Below are positions 1-11,628 of a DNA stretch of 64,000 nt, piece by piece. This stretch comes from Chrysomallon squamiferum. Its lineage: Eukaryota; Animalia; Mollusca. The position numbers and the translations under genes were made by a program. The notes under the pieces were generated by a model. It worked only from the letters and a program-made list of their open reading frames with translations, was not told the DNA's origin and did no database searches. Positions within the stretch are counted from its first letter, which is position 1; each line of letters begins with the position of its first letter. Location of the stretch: assembly GCA_012295275.1 (NCBI GenBank), contig CM022670.1, positions 18,972,001-19,036,000 on the forward strand, written 5' to 3'.

Positions 1-265
1 ATCACCTCGATGAGGGCGATGTAGCGAGGGGAAGCCACTGTCTCCTCCTTGAAGAGCTGGCTCTCGAGGTAGTGGTCACGGAAATCTTCTTCTAGATGTC
101 TGTCATGGAAACTCAGTGTGATCCTGTTGATGTCAGGCTCATAGAAGAACTTCTTGTTGGCAATGTCCTCCTGGATGCACTTGATGATCTGTTCATCATT
201 CTTGTCTCTCACGTAACGTAGTTTTTTCCAGGTCTCATTGATTGGAATCTTATTTGCTTCAATTC
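1..265 (-). CDS. ADCY9: ADCY9 coding exon (end of C1b leading to M2), truncated by window edge
   Basis: Acceptor ttgttttaaacag, phase 1. Translation LRYVRDKNDEQIIKCIQED...FFYEPDINRITLSFHDRHLEEDFRDHY...TVASPRY resembles vertebrate AC9 as recalled (IREKTD...YFFKPPINQFSLNFLDQELERSYR...TFASP). Confidence 0.93.
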
Positions 266-1687
266 CTGTTTAAAACAATAAAAATAAAATTAATTTACAT
301 GAAAAACATTTTTGTTATAATGGTATAAAAAGGTCATACTGTGTTATATTTTCTGTACTAAATGGACTTAGTTTCAAAATAGCTTATTAAAATTTTAGTT
401 TTTATGTTTTTTGTTCACACACATGATTAAAATAGCAGAACATCTCTAAACTAAGCCAATGAGGTATGTAATAAGCTAAACATACAAGACACTGAAACCA
501 ACGTTTTATATCTTTAAATAAAGTTTTAGTTAATTAGTATATGTTTGTTCGAAAAACAACAACCATAGTAATTATTTTTGTTGTACTGTCCGTACTTTCT
601 TTTTTTAAAATAGGTGAAAAAGTGAAAAATACAAACTTGAGGGGAAAATGTTTTTTAAAACTGTTACTAACAGAAAAGATGAAAAGTTTCAGCTCTATCT
701 GATAAGATTTTTATTTAACATTTAACATGCAATTAAGATGCAACTGCCTCTCTTTGAAACTAAATAAAACTGGTTGTTGTTTGGAGTTTTTGTTATTATT
801 ATATATATATATATATATATAATAATGATGATGACAAAAATAAAATTGAAAATGAAACAAATAATGTTCTTTGAATCATATTTAATTATCTATATGGAAT
901 TTTAATGGACTGATAGATGAAACAAAAATATTACATGATAAATAAATAAATAACAACAATAAATATTATATATTCATTCCAAACCATTAAAAACAAACAC
1001 CAAATTAAAAAAAACAAAAAAACAAAACATATATGCAGTTCTTTTTTAACATGCTCAAAAAAATGCCTTCACCAAACAAAATGTTTTTAGTTTGCTTCTT
1101 GCAAAAAAAAAATATAAAAAAAATTAAATTAAATTAAAAAATATAATAATAAAAATAAATAAATAATAATAATAAATAAATAAATTTTTTTTTTTTTTTT
1201 TTTACTTAATATTTAACACTCTGTACCAGTACATGCTAACACCTATTTTATTTTTAGTATATTTCAACAATAAGTTAAAGCAACAAAACTACATATTTAC
1301 AAGCAGTATAATAGCTATGTATTTTCCTTTTTAAAAGCTTCAGCGTTTTCAACTTGAAACTTTCTGAATTTTTTTTTTTTTTTGTCCTTTTATAAATAAA
1401 TAGTTTGTAGTTTGTGATCATCATTTTTATTATTCCAAGGAAAATAAATACATTGAAAACACAGAATCTTCATTTATTTGTTTATTATTATTATTTATAA
1501 CACTAAAACTTTACTTAATACAATTTTTTAACACAAAAACAATGATCAATAAAAAATAAATTTCATTACAGAATAATTTTTTGTATGCTATTACTGAAAA
1601 AATAAATACTTCATAAATGGGGTGGGCTATAAAATATAGCACTGAATGGTTATAAAGTTAAAAAGCTGAAATACATTATTTACTCAC

Positions 1688-1698
1688 TTTCCTGTGCA
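1688..1698 (-). CDS. Candidate 11-nt ADCY9 microexon (TGCACAGGAAA)
   Basis: Flanked by tatcacag and a consensus GTGAGTA donor; keeps frame only if exon 6 ends at 3384. Confidence 0.3.
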
Positions 1699-1999
1699 CT
1701 GTGATATAGATATATATATATGTTTGTGTGTGTGATGAAATATTTTTGTGAATAGTGCAAAGTATAGTATACAGTATGATTTTTGACATGTTTAATGAAT
1801 GAAAGATTAGTTATCTGAAGTGTTATTTATATGATGATCATGTAAAACGTAACAGTAAATTCAAATTGTTGCCACTCCTTGAGGTCCTGTTATTAGTTAT
1901 CAACAAGAGATCTTTTTTCTGAAACCCTCTAATTACAAGAAAAGCATATTCCACTGACTTTGGTAAATAAATCTTAGGACATTAGTTATAATGAAAAAC

Positions 2000-2085
2000 A
2001 GGGAGCCAGGCACAGAAAAAAGGATTGATCAAACCACCCATCATACACCACTATGCCAGCAGCCTTTAACCATGGAACTTGAGTC
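2000..2085 (-). mobile_element. Possible decayed SINE head
   Basis: GGATTGATC..CACCCATC..CACC...TTAACCATGGAACT resembles the reverse complement of the SINE tRNA head, with CpGs lost. Confidence 0.3.
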
Positions 2086-3074
2086 CATGTTATGTTTATA
2101 CTGTTATCTGAACAAACATTTATCATGATTAGGTGATGCTGCTGATTACTAAAAATTACTCACTGATACTTCTTAAATGACAGAGATTAAATGATTCTGT
2201 ATTATAATTTATATCATTATGTCAGAAGCAAAACAGAGTTTATTATCTTATCAACAGTCTAAAAAAATAAAATAAAATAAAATAATAAATGTATAAATAA
2301 TAAAACAATAACATAAAAACCCACAACCATAGTTATATGTAATTATAATCAACAAATGATTTGAAATATACTGGCTTTTTGGTTTTATGCATGGTTAATA
2401 CAGTTAGTATACATGAAAAAATAAAATCTGTAATTAGAAAATGTTCCTACTGATCATTTGACAAAACATATACATAATTATGAAATTAATTATTAAAACT
2501 ATTGATTATGATTTTGTTATTATTTTAAATCAAAATAACTTAGATATAAAAGGAAGTTAGGTAAATCATAAGTATGTTTGTTACATTAGTACGGCTATAA
2601 ACGTGTTGCATGTATTTATCTCCCTTTAATTACTAAGGGAGGTAATTAGCTGTCTCTCCTGCATTAGTGAGAAGTTCATTTCTCTGAAAATGCTGCAGAT
2701 GTTTTTCAGAAATAGCAACTTTATTCCTTTACCAAAATCTACTAGCCCTAAAATATTAGTAATAAGTTATCTGGTTAGTAAAGTTAGTAGTGCTGTACCG
2801 CAAACTCCCACCCAATGTCAGCCCCTCAGACTGTGAGGGAGGAAATTATACTGGAACTAAAATACAAAATTAAAACAGGAAAATTTAATGTATCTTTTTA
2901 AGATTATTATTATTATTATTATTATTGTTGTTGTTTGTTGTTAATATTATTATTATTGTGGCTACTCTGAAAAAAATGTATGTGACCTAATTTGTATTAA
3001 GAAAGAAAATAAAAGTTTAAAAAAAATATACATTAGTCCTGATGTTTTGTATATGATTAAAAAATTCAGAGATT

Positions 3075-3300
3075 ACTATTAATATTCAATCAATTTAGCT
3101 TATTAAATAATATTTTTGTGATTATTAAATAAGTATTATTCAATGACTTCGTTATTAAATTATTATTCAACATTTTATTACTATTCAGCGTCTTAGTTAT
3201 TAATTTACTATTCAATGTTTTCGTTACTAAAACATTATTATTATTCAGCATCTTAGTTATTTAAACATTATTATTAATCAGTATTCTAATTATTCTTAAT
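3075..3300. repeat. Degenerate AT-rich minisatellite (~27-bp unit TATTATTCA...TT.GTTATTAAA)
   Basis: Repeated tattca / ttagttatt / ttcgttatt blocks. Confidence 0.6.
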
Positions 3301-3396
3301 TACTAAATTATCATCATCATCAATTATCACAGACTAAGGAGCTGACAGAGGTCTTAACCAAATGACTAGGCTAGGACAACTACGAAAGCAGTAAAC

Positions 3397-3597
3397 CTGA
3401 AGTGAGAATCTCGATGCCATTCTGCCTATTTTTTTCATCAGTTGATGAATGTTTAGGCATCTGGCAAATGCAGTGTGAAGGGAGGTTATTGTTAACAGAG
3501 CGAGGGTTACTGGTCACGCCACCCTGCTCTTTGTCGCTCCACTCACTGCTCGATGAAGTGCTGTTTTTCATACAGCATGAAATGTTAATAGTCTTGC
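3397..3597 (-). CDS. ADCY9: ADCY9 coding exon 6 (GKTINISCCMKNST...NGIEILTS), C1b region; 3' boundary uncertain
   Basis: Acceptor ttttgcacag, phase 1, GC-richer open frame. Donor ambiguous: CAG|GTTTAC (3397), GCA|GTGAGT (3547) or TTC|GTAGTT (3384). Confidence 0.75.
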
Positions 3598-3639
3598 CTG
3601 TGCAAAAACAAATGAAAAGTGAACTACAACTAAAAAACA

Positions 3640-3641
3640 AA

Positions 3642-3700
<59 letters not shown>

Positions 3701-3703
3701 TAA
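3640..3703. repeat. (TAAA)n(TAA)n microsatellite just 5' of the exon-6 acceptor
   Basis: Read directly; another (TAAA)n at ~6500-6540. Confidence 0.92.
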
Positions 3704-6500
3704 TAGCAATAAAATATATCACAAAAAAAAAAAAAAAAAATTATTTTAAAAATAAAGTAAAGATTAGAAAAATGTATTAAAAAATAAAACTAATTTAAAA
3801 AAAAAATAGTAATAATAATAAAAAAAAATAAAAAAAAACTTTTTAAAAATACAATACTTAAAATAAAAGTTAGGTGTTAAGTATTTGATTTTGGGAAGTT
3901 TTTGGACAGCTAGATTCCAGATGATATATTTCAGCAATGTCTAACAATAATAACTGAAATACCTCTATCTTTTTATTGCTACAGAAAGAACATATGATCA
4001 CAAAAAACAGCAATTTATGGTCAAAAATAATTATGTAATAACAATTATGCGACAGCAGCCAATCAACTCGTTACTAAATTAGCAGTTAGCAGTGATCTAA
4101 CTGCCATTATATCTTTTATCCCAGAAAAGGCACTATATATAACCCCACCAAAAACAATAAACTGGCTGGACCGAATAACAAGATAAATGGATTATACACC
4201 TAAATTAATTACAAGTCCTTTAATTTGTTGAATGTGCCAGTATAATCTTAAAAAAGAAATGTGATAATCCAGCAGTAAAAATACACCCATGGTGGTGCAA
4301 ACAAAAAAAATATCCTAAATATATTTTATAATTTTATTTCTAACCAATCTTTTTTTCTATGTGATTTTCTACATATAAAATAAACCTGCAAAGACTGAGT
4401 AAATGATTTGTAACTTTCATCCCATTTGAGTGTCAGAAAGATTTTTATGTTTTTATTTTACAAACTGCAAATTATCGTGGAAAAGCTTAGAATATAATGT
4501 TACTTTTTTATTATAAAAAAAATGGTATAATATTCTAAAATGTGATCTGGTTATTTTTATCTGTACCACTGCTGATAAACATTAATTCATTTATTAGAAA
4601 AGAAAAACCAAAAGAAGATTTAGTGAAAAAAACATACAAACTAGCATTATGGTCAACATCTAATTAATCTATTAATTTAGGCAGATGTTACAATTTGTTT
4701 ACTCTTAGTTAGTAAGTAAAATTTACAACTACACAATTGCCTAAATTAGTCTAAATAACTAAGAAAAGAAAAGGCCTATTTTGTCTGAACTGCACACATA
4801 CATCCCATATAATAATAATTTAAAGAATAAGTGTGTGCACATATACACATATAGATTGATTTTAAATAAATAAATACAAAACTGAAAATATCGAGAAGTG
4901 TTAAAAATGTAAATACTGTTAATATAAATTCTAAAAAACAAATTAAAAAATAGTAATAATAAAAACAAGTTTTCTCAAAATATGTATTATTAATATTTTC
5001 ATACAAGAATTTATGTTGTTTTTTTTATCAAAAAGATAATGAAAAGGATAAAAAAAAAGAAGTAAAAAAAGATAATAATTATTAATTCAAATTATTGTTA
5101 TTGATATAGTTTTTAATGTTTTCTGATGTTAAAGTTTATAATTATTTGAGCACAGCAACATCATTCCTGTGAGATTAGTTTGGCAGTGACTGCAATTAAA
5201 TGATAAATGCAAACATATAACAATTAGTAATTAATAATGATGATGAAATTTTTTTTTAAATCATGCACTGATATCATAAATGATGAGTTGTTATCACAAA
5301 GCTGAATTCTAGAACTATAAGACACTTTCTGTTTTTCCTTTTTGTTTTATTAATGTGTTTCTTCTTCTTCTTTTTTGCTTTTATTATTATCATTATTTAC
5401 ATAAAAGAAAATTCCAAACACATCTGAAAAAAATATACATTTTAGAATGCCCTTAAATAATAATAATAATAATAATAATTACTAATGCATAAAAAATACT
5501 TTTATTTAATATATAACGTTTTTTTTTTTTTTTTTTTTTTTTTAATTAATATTTTTGGAGAAAATTTTAAACCTTTTATTACTAAATTCATTAAAATTGT
5601 TTACAAATCTGAAGTTTCATTTTCAGTGCATTTTTGTTTACTTATTTATTTAGTAAGAAATACTCTTATGGTTCAGAAATAACTTCCACAAAATAAATTT
5701 TAGGTTTGTTTTTAAATGAAACATAGGACTTTTTAAATAATTTACTTACTGATTATAATTATATAGTAATTTTTTTAAATTTAAAACAGCTACCAAAATA
5801 CAAAGTGACAAATATAATACCAGAATAAACTGCTCTTGGAATGTGTTTACATGTTTTTGATGAAAAATAAATTTAAAATTACCTTAAAATTTAAGAAAAA
5901 CAAAGTTGTTTCCCTTGCATCATATTTTTGTGAAATAAATCTGTTAGACACATATATTTTTTATCTTGATGTATGAAAATAAAGTTCTTTATTAACAAGT
6001 ATTTAGAAATTACCAACACAATTTAAAATTAATATTGACAAGAAATTAAAATTAATTTAAATAACAACAATAATAATGATCAAGATGAGAAGAACCTCTT
6101 AAAAAATGTTCATAAAGTTTTATATATTTAAATGTCTTAAATTATATTTAGCTTCAAATGATTAATGAAATAAACAAATTTCTTCTTTCAGAACTGATTT
6201 TAAGAAATAATAATAAAACAATTATTTTAGGATATACGTGTGTGTGTGTGTGTGTGTGTAGTAGGATAAATTACTGAACACCATTGAAAAATCTTTCACG
6301 TTTCTGTGGGTTTTTTTAAATTCAAAATAGCACAAAATAAATAAATAAATAAATAAATAAATAAGTAAAAACAAGAATACAAAAAAAACCAGTAAAATTT
6401 CACTGGAAAGCACAACATAAAATTTAAAAATAAATAAAAGAAAAAATAAATCAAATAATAATAATAATAATAAACCAAGCAGAAAAAAACCCCTAAAATA

Positions 6501-6539
<39 letters not shown>

Positions 6540-6591
6540 AACCCTCCAAAATTACCAATAAGCTTTCAAACACTCTGTTAAACCAACCTAC

Positions 6592-6694
6592 CTTCCTCAA
6601 CTCCTAGGTCGAGAGGTGATGCGCTGTCTGAATACAGACCTCTACTGTAACGTCTTCCGAGCAGAGCTGCTGGCGTGACTCCATTGGCTCCATT
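6592..6694 (-). CDS. ADCY9: ADCY9 coding exon 5 (NGANGVTPAALLGRRYSRGLYSDSASPLDLGVEE), C1b region
   Basis: GC-rich island in AT-rich intron; acceptor ttttcag, donor AAG|GTAGGT, phase 0-1. Confidence 0.85.
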
Positions 6695-7999
6695 CTGAAA
6701 ATTTGCATTTACTTATTAGCTCATGTAAGAACTTGGTTAAAATTATTTAAAAAAAAAAAAAAAAATAAAAATGTATATACATTGTTTTCTTTGGTTAGTT
6801 TGAAAGTAAATAACAGTTTGACTTAATTTCCAGGATATCTTGAGACAGAATAAATTATAGATTCTTAAATTTTTTTTTTTTTTAGTTCCAGATTTTAAAT
6901 CTTCCTTTCAAGTTATAATTAACATACAGTGCTGCTGTTGGAGGTTTTGTTTTAGAGGGGAGCTTTTTTTCCCTTCTCTCTCTTCATTTTAAATCAAGTC
7001 ATAAAAAATAAAATAAAAGCTGAAGTCTGTTATTAATCATTATGTATATGTATATAAAAAAATTAAAATGTGTGTGTAAATTTGCAAAAAAAAAAGTTAT
7101 TAAGAAAAAGATCATGTTGTTCAGGTCTTAAGGTTATTAGTAGGGGTCTTTTTCAGAACATTTTAGTAGTTTTAATTCAGACAGCTGGCTGTATTTAACA
7201 TATGTATCAGTATTGGCTAAGAATACTAAGAAGAGTTTTTTTGTAATAAAAGTTCAATACCTGGATCATATTTATTAAACAGCCCACAAAAAAACTGTCA
7301 AGTGATACCTATTAATGATATTGCTGTATAATAAACATGGAAAACATAGATCTTTTTCATCCTAACAGTGAGTTTTTTTGTGGAGATTTTCAGTTCAGAG
7401 TTTATAAAGTAATACATCTGGATTTTCTTTTTTTCTTAGGATACTGTTTATTCTATACTGGTTTCATGCTTATTCTCATAAACAATGACAAAAAAAAAAA
7501 AAAATAAAATAAAAAAAATTAAATAGGATTCTTATCCATCCCTCAGGTTAAATATATAAACTTTTTTCTTTCATGTCAATAACTTTTTTCTGAAAGATTT
7601 TTTTTTTTTAATTTTTTTTTGAAAGATTATTATTATTATAGTTGTTTTCAGATTTATTTTGTAAAACAAACGTAATCTTCTGAAATATTCTACATTTGTT
7701 CCTCATTTTGTAAAAACTATTATTTCAAGAAATAAATTAATAAATTCTCACTTTTAACATATTAATTTACTTTAATCATGTTAATATGTATATACTGATT
7801 ATATTATACAGTATTTTCTTTGGTGAAATTAAAAAAAAAGAAAAAAAAAAGAATGCATTTTGGTTACTGTAAATTATTTGTATTCAGATATATTAAGTAA
7901 GAAAATAAATGAAGCTGTCAGATATTAGCATACTTTTACCACTAATAAATAAATATTTAAATTTAAAAAAAAAAAAAAAAATGGACAAACAACCTATAC

Positions 8000-8074
8000 C
8001 TCAACTTCATTTATCAAAGTACTGTTTTCTGTGGCAGGCTGTTCAGGTGCAGTTATTTCAATCTTCGTGTCATT
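8000..8074 (-). CDS. ADCY9: ADCY9 coding exon 4 (75 nt, phase 0-0; NDTKIEITAPEQPATENSTLINEVE), C1b region
   Basis: Acceptor ttgttttgttccag, donor GAG|GTATAG, open frame, phase-compatible with both neighbours. Confidence 0.75.
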
Positions 8075-9839
8075 CTGGAACAAAACAATACTGAACAGTA
8101 TTAATGGTATTAACGTAATTTATTATGCACAATGTTTGAAACCACCAGTACTTATTACAAATTATAGCAACTCTCATATATACTGGGATTACATTTATAA
8201 TAATATTAAAATAAAAAAAATGAAAACCTAAGCACACATCTGAAATCACAATAATCTTCATTATATTCACTTGACTAACCCATCTTCATCTCAGACATTA
8301 ACATGTTTGGGTTTATGCATTCTTTCCAACAAGAAATAAAACATTTCTTGCTGAAGATTTCATCATCATACACATGACATGTACTGGAAATGTAATAACC
8401 ATCAATGCTGATGTGTTGTAAAACAAATCACATTAAGTTCAGAAATACAACTTTAAATTTCTATTGAACTTTGAACATTTAACAAGCAAAATTTTCTGTT
8501 AGAAGTGCTGATGTGTCAGTGAAATGTATTAAATGTCATTGTAACTAAAACTGTGAGAGTTTAAAATTACTGTATACTGACAGAAATCTCAGACAGTCAG
8601 AAACTTGGTGTAAAAACATTACTGGGTTGTGTGACACAATGGAAACACCAGTGAAACTGAAGTTGATCAATAATTACTGTAACTGTAAACCAGAAGACAG
8701 AAAATCATTGGCAATTTAGTGCTTGACACAAGAAATCCATTCTTCAATTTTCCAGTCTACATGTATCGACAGAAATACACTCAATCTTAACAAAAAAAAA
8801 AAAAAAAAAAAAAAAAAAATAATTTAGTGGGGGTCTTTACTGTAAATAACTTTTCCATTACCAGGTCATCAGGAATGATGATAACCCATCAGTAACCATT
8901 TTGTAGTTACAGAAATTTCAACTGGTTATTAACCAATATAAATAATACATCTAATAATTATTTTCTATTATTTTATCTCTGATTCTATGAGCAGGCAATT
9001 TTCAAAGCTAACCTGAAAATAAAGGTTTGCTATTTCAAAACTGATAATAATTATCTTCTTCATCCTTCTTGGGATACTTGTACTTTTTTCTTTTTTCAAA
9101 TTTTGGTTATCATGTAGAACATGCAAACTAAAGTAAACTGTGAGGGACTACATAATAAACATTGTGTATAAATACATGCTTATGTCTGTAAATACTGATA
9201 AATATTTATGAAGACTGGGTATTCAGCTGTAAAATCCAAACAGAAGATTCACTGCAATATCCTAAAACATTATGAAGCTGTTCTTGATTTGAACCCAGAA
9301 TCAACCAATATTAACACTGATTGACAACAAAAAAAAAGAAAAAAAAAAAAGATATAAAATTTGTTTAAAGATTTTATTGTCATAGTATGAAATGTTACAA
9401 ATACTTTTATTTTATTTTATTTTTTCTTGTGGTAATGATATATGAGAAAAGAAACCTTTACTATAATGTGCTTTTATGTTCATGTTTTATATGCAGTATC
9501 AGATCTTTTAAAAGCATGTTTTCAGAACGATGGTCTTTGACATGCCAATCACTGAGTTTAGATTACAATACAAAACAGCTAAAAGGATGCCCATTCTAAT
9601 TGCAAAACAGAAATTCTGAATAACTGTAATCTGTGATAAATTATTATTACATTTACTCTGTTTCAAAACCCCCCTAAAATAAACAGCTTAAAAAAAACAT
9701 ACATAAAAAAGCAAACAAAACACATGTTCATTATTAAAAACTTTAACATTATTTTGTCGATCAAAAATGTCTGTAACTGAATACTGTAATTATATTCACA
9801 ATATTCACCTTTGAAAAACAGCTAACTGAATTTATGCTG

Positions 9840-9840
<1 letters not shown>

Positions 9841-9889
<49 letters not shown>

Positions 9890-9907
9890 GTGTGTATATG
9901 TGTGTGT
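9841..9907. repeat. (TG)n microsatellite
   Basis: Read directly. Confidence 0.95.
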
Positions 9908-11041
9908 ACAGTACAGTGGTAATTAACATCATATGGTCACATATCCCATAAAACATTCAGATACATCTGTTATCTTTGATATGATTTACCTTTTAACATA
10001 CAGGATTATTTTTTGTCATAAAAATGTTAATAGGTATGATGTGTGGCGTCGGTGTGTAAATTTAAATGTACACAACACACTGTTATCCAGTCACTATTTT
10101 CAAATAATACTATAATTTTGCTGGCATCAGTGGTTTATCAGTGTATAAATTCTACTTTTTATGGAACTTTATAAACATTAAAGAAGTATTTTATAATCAT
10201 TACTGATAAGAATTTCTTTCATGTGTGGGTCAGTGTGTGTGTGTGCATGTGTGTTTCTAAATACCTTTGTACATAAACATATGAATACGAAAAAATACAT
10301 TATATGTTTTAGGTGTAATTACAAAAGGTGTTTGTACTAGTTATACAAATGAAATATCCACTGCCTATGAATTTGATGCATTTAATGCTGTTAACGCACA
10401 ATTTGAATATTCAAAATACACAAGGTTTTTTTCTAGATTATGTAAGTCTAAATCAAAGAAGAATGATCTGTAACAGTAACAACTACTTGTTAATCAATTT
10501 TTATTTATTTATACAAAAAAATGCTAAACCTTTAATTTTTTTTCTTTCTTTCTTTTTTTTATTTGTTTCTTTTTACTAATTTGTTTTAAAATTTTCTATT
10601 AATCATTTCTAAAAAAAAAAAAAAATTAAATTTAATATCATTTTGTTATTATTATTATTATTATTTTCATTTTATTACCTTGTAATTCCTTTTAAATCGC
10701 CTATAATAACAATTAATTTATTACACAGTACCATTTAGACAAGTGCTTTATAGTAAAACTGTATTTTCCTAAATTAACATAATAAAAGTTAAGGTTATTA
10801 TTTCAATTATTTATTTATTTATTTGTTGTACTTCTTTTTCTTTTTTCTTTTTTCAAATGAAACTCATAAATTTTATTATTTTATTTGCGAAGAAAACATT
10901 TTCTAAAATTATTGATTCTGATAAATTTTGTTTTATTAATTTGTAAAACCTTTTAAATCTTTATTTAAAAGCTTCTTTCGGTTAAAATATATTGTTGCAA
11001 TTTGCAGCAAATATGATAAAAACTGCCTTTAATGAACTCAC

Positions 11042-11139
11042 TTTTGCCGCAGTTTCTTCTTCTTTTGTATCACTTCTGTTTTCAACAGGACTTCCAGCAT
11101 CCTTCTTTTTACGACCAATAATAAAATAGGTTTTAATTA
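11042..11139 (-). CDS. ADCY9: ADCY9 coding exon 3 (IKTYFIIGRKKKDAGSP...TAAK)
   Basis: Acceptor ttattttcag, donor AAA|GTGAGT, phase 1-0. KTYFI matches the conserved KTYLI that closes C1a. Confidence 0.92.
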
Positions 11140-11530
11140 CTGAAAATAATGAGTAAATATAATTAATGGTATGTGTTTGCAACTGAAAATGAACATCAAG
11201 CAGAAATAAATTATTGACATGAATCATAAATCTGACAAAATTAACATTAAATACTGAAATGAACATTAGAATAAAATTCTAAGTATTAATTACTGAAACA
11301 AACATGAAATAAAAAAAGAATTACTGAAGTTAATTATGAAAAACTCAGTGTGACATGAGAATAAAATTCAAAATGTTTAATTAATGAATAAAAAAAAATA
11401 ACTGAAATGAATATAAAACAAATACTAAAATAAAAAATAGAGTAATATTGACATGGAAAAATAAAACTCAAAATGTTTTAATTGAAATGAAATTAATATG
11501 TTAATAAAATGAATATGAAGAATTAAAATT
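11140..11530. repeat. Degenerate minisatellite filling ADCY9 intron 2 (unit ~ACTGAAATGAACAT...AATAAAA)
   Basis: ACTGAA recurs at about 11182, 11253, 11292, 11323 and 11401 with similar following sequence. Confidence 0.65.
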
Positions 11531-11544
11531 TGAAAATTACTCAC

Positions 11545-11628
11545 AGTTTTGCTCTTCTCTATGACGAATTGTAAAACTTGACTTCTGTATGTCATAATGC
11601 TCAATTAGGACTTTGTTGGTGTTGATAT
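11545..11628 (-). CDS. ADCY9: ADCY9 coding exon 2 (84 nt, phase 1-1; DINTNKVLIEHYDIQKSSFTIRHREEQN)
   Basis: Acceptor ttttctttgcag, donor GTGAGT, open frame in the phase left by exon 1. Confidence 0.82.
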
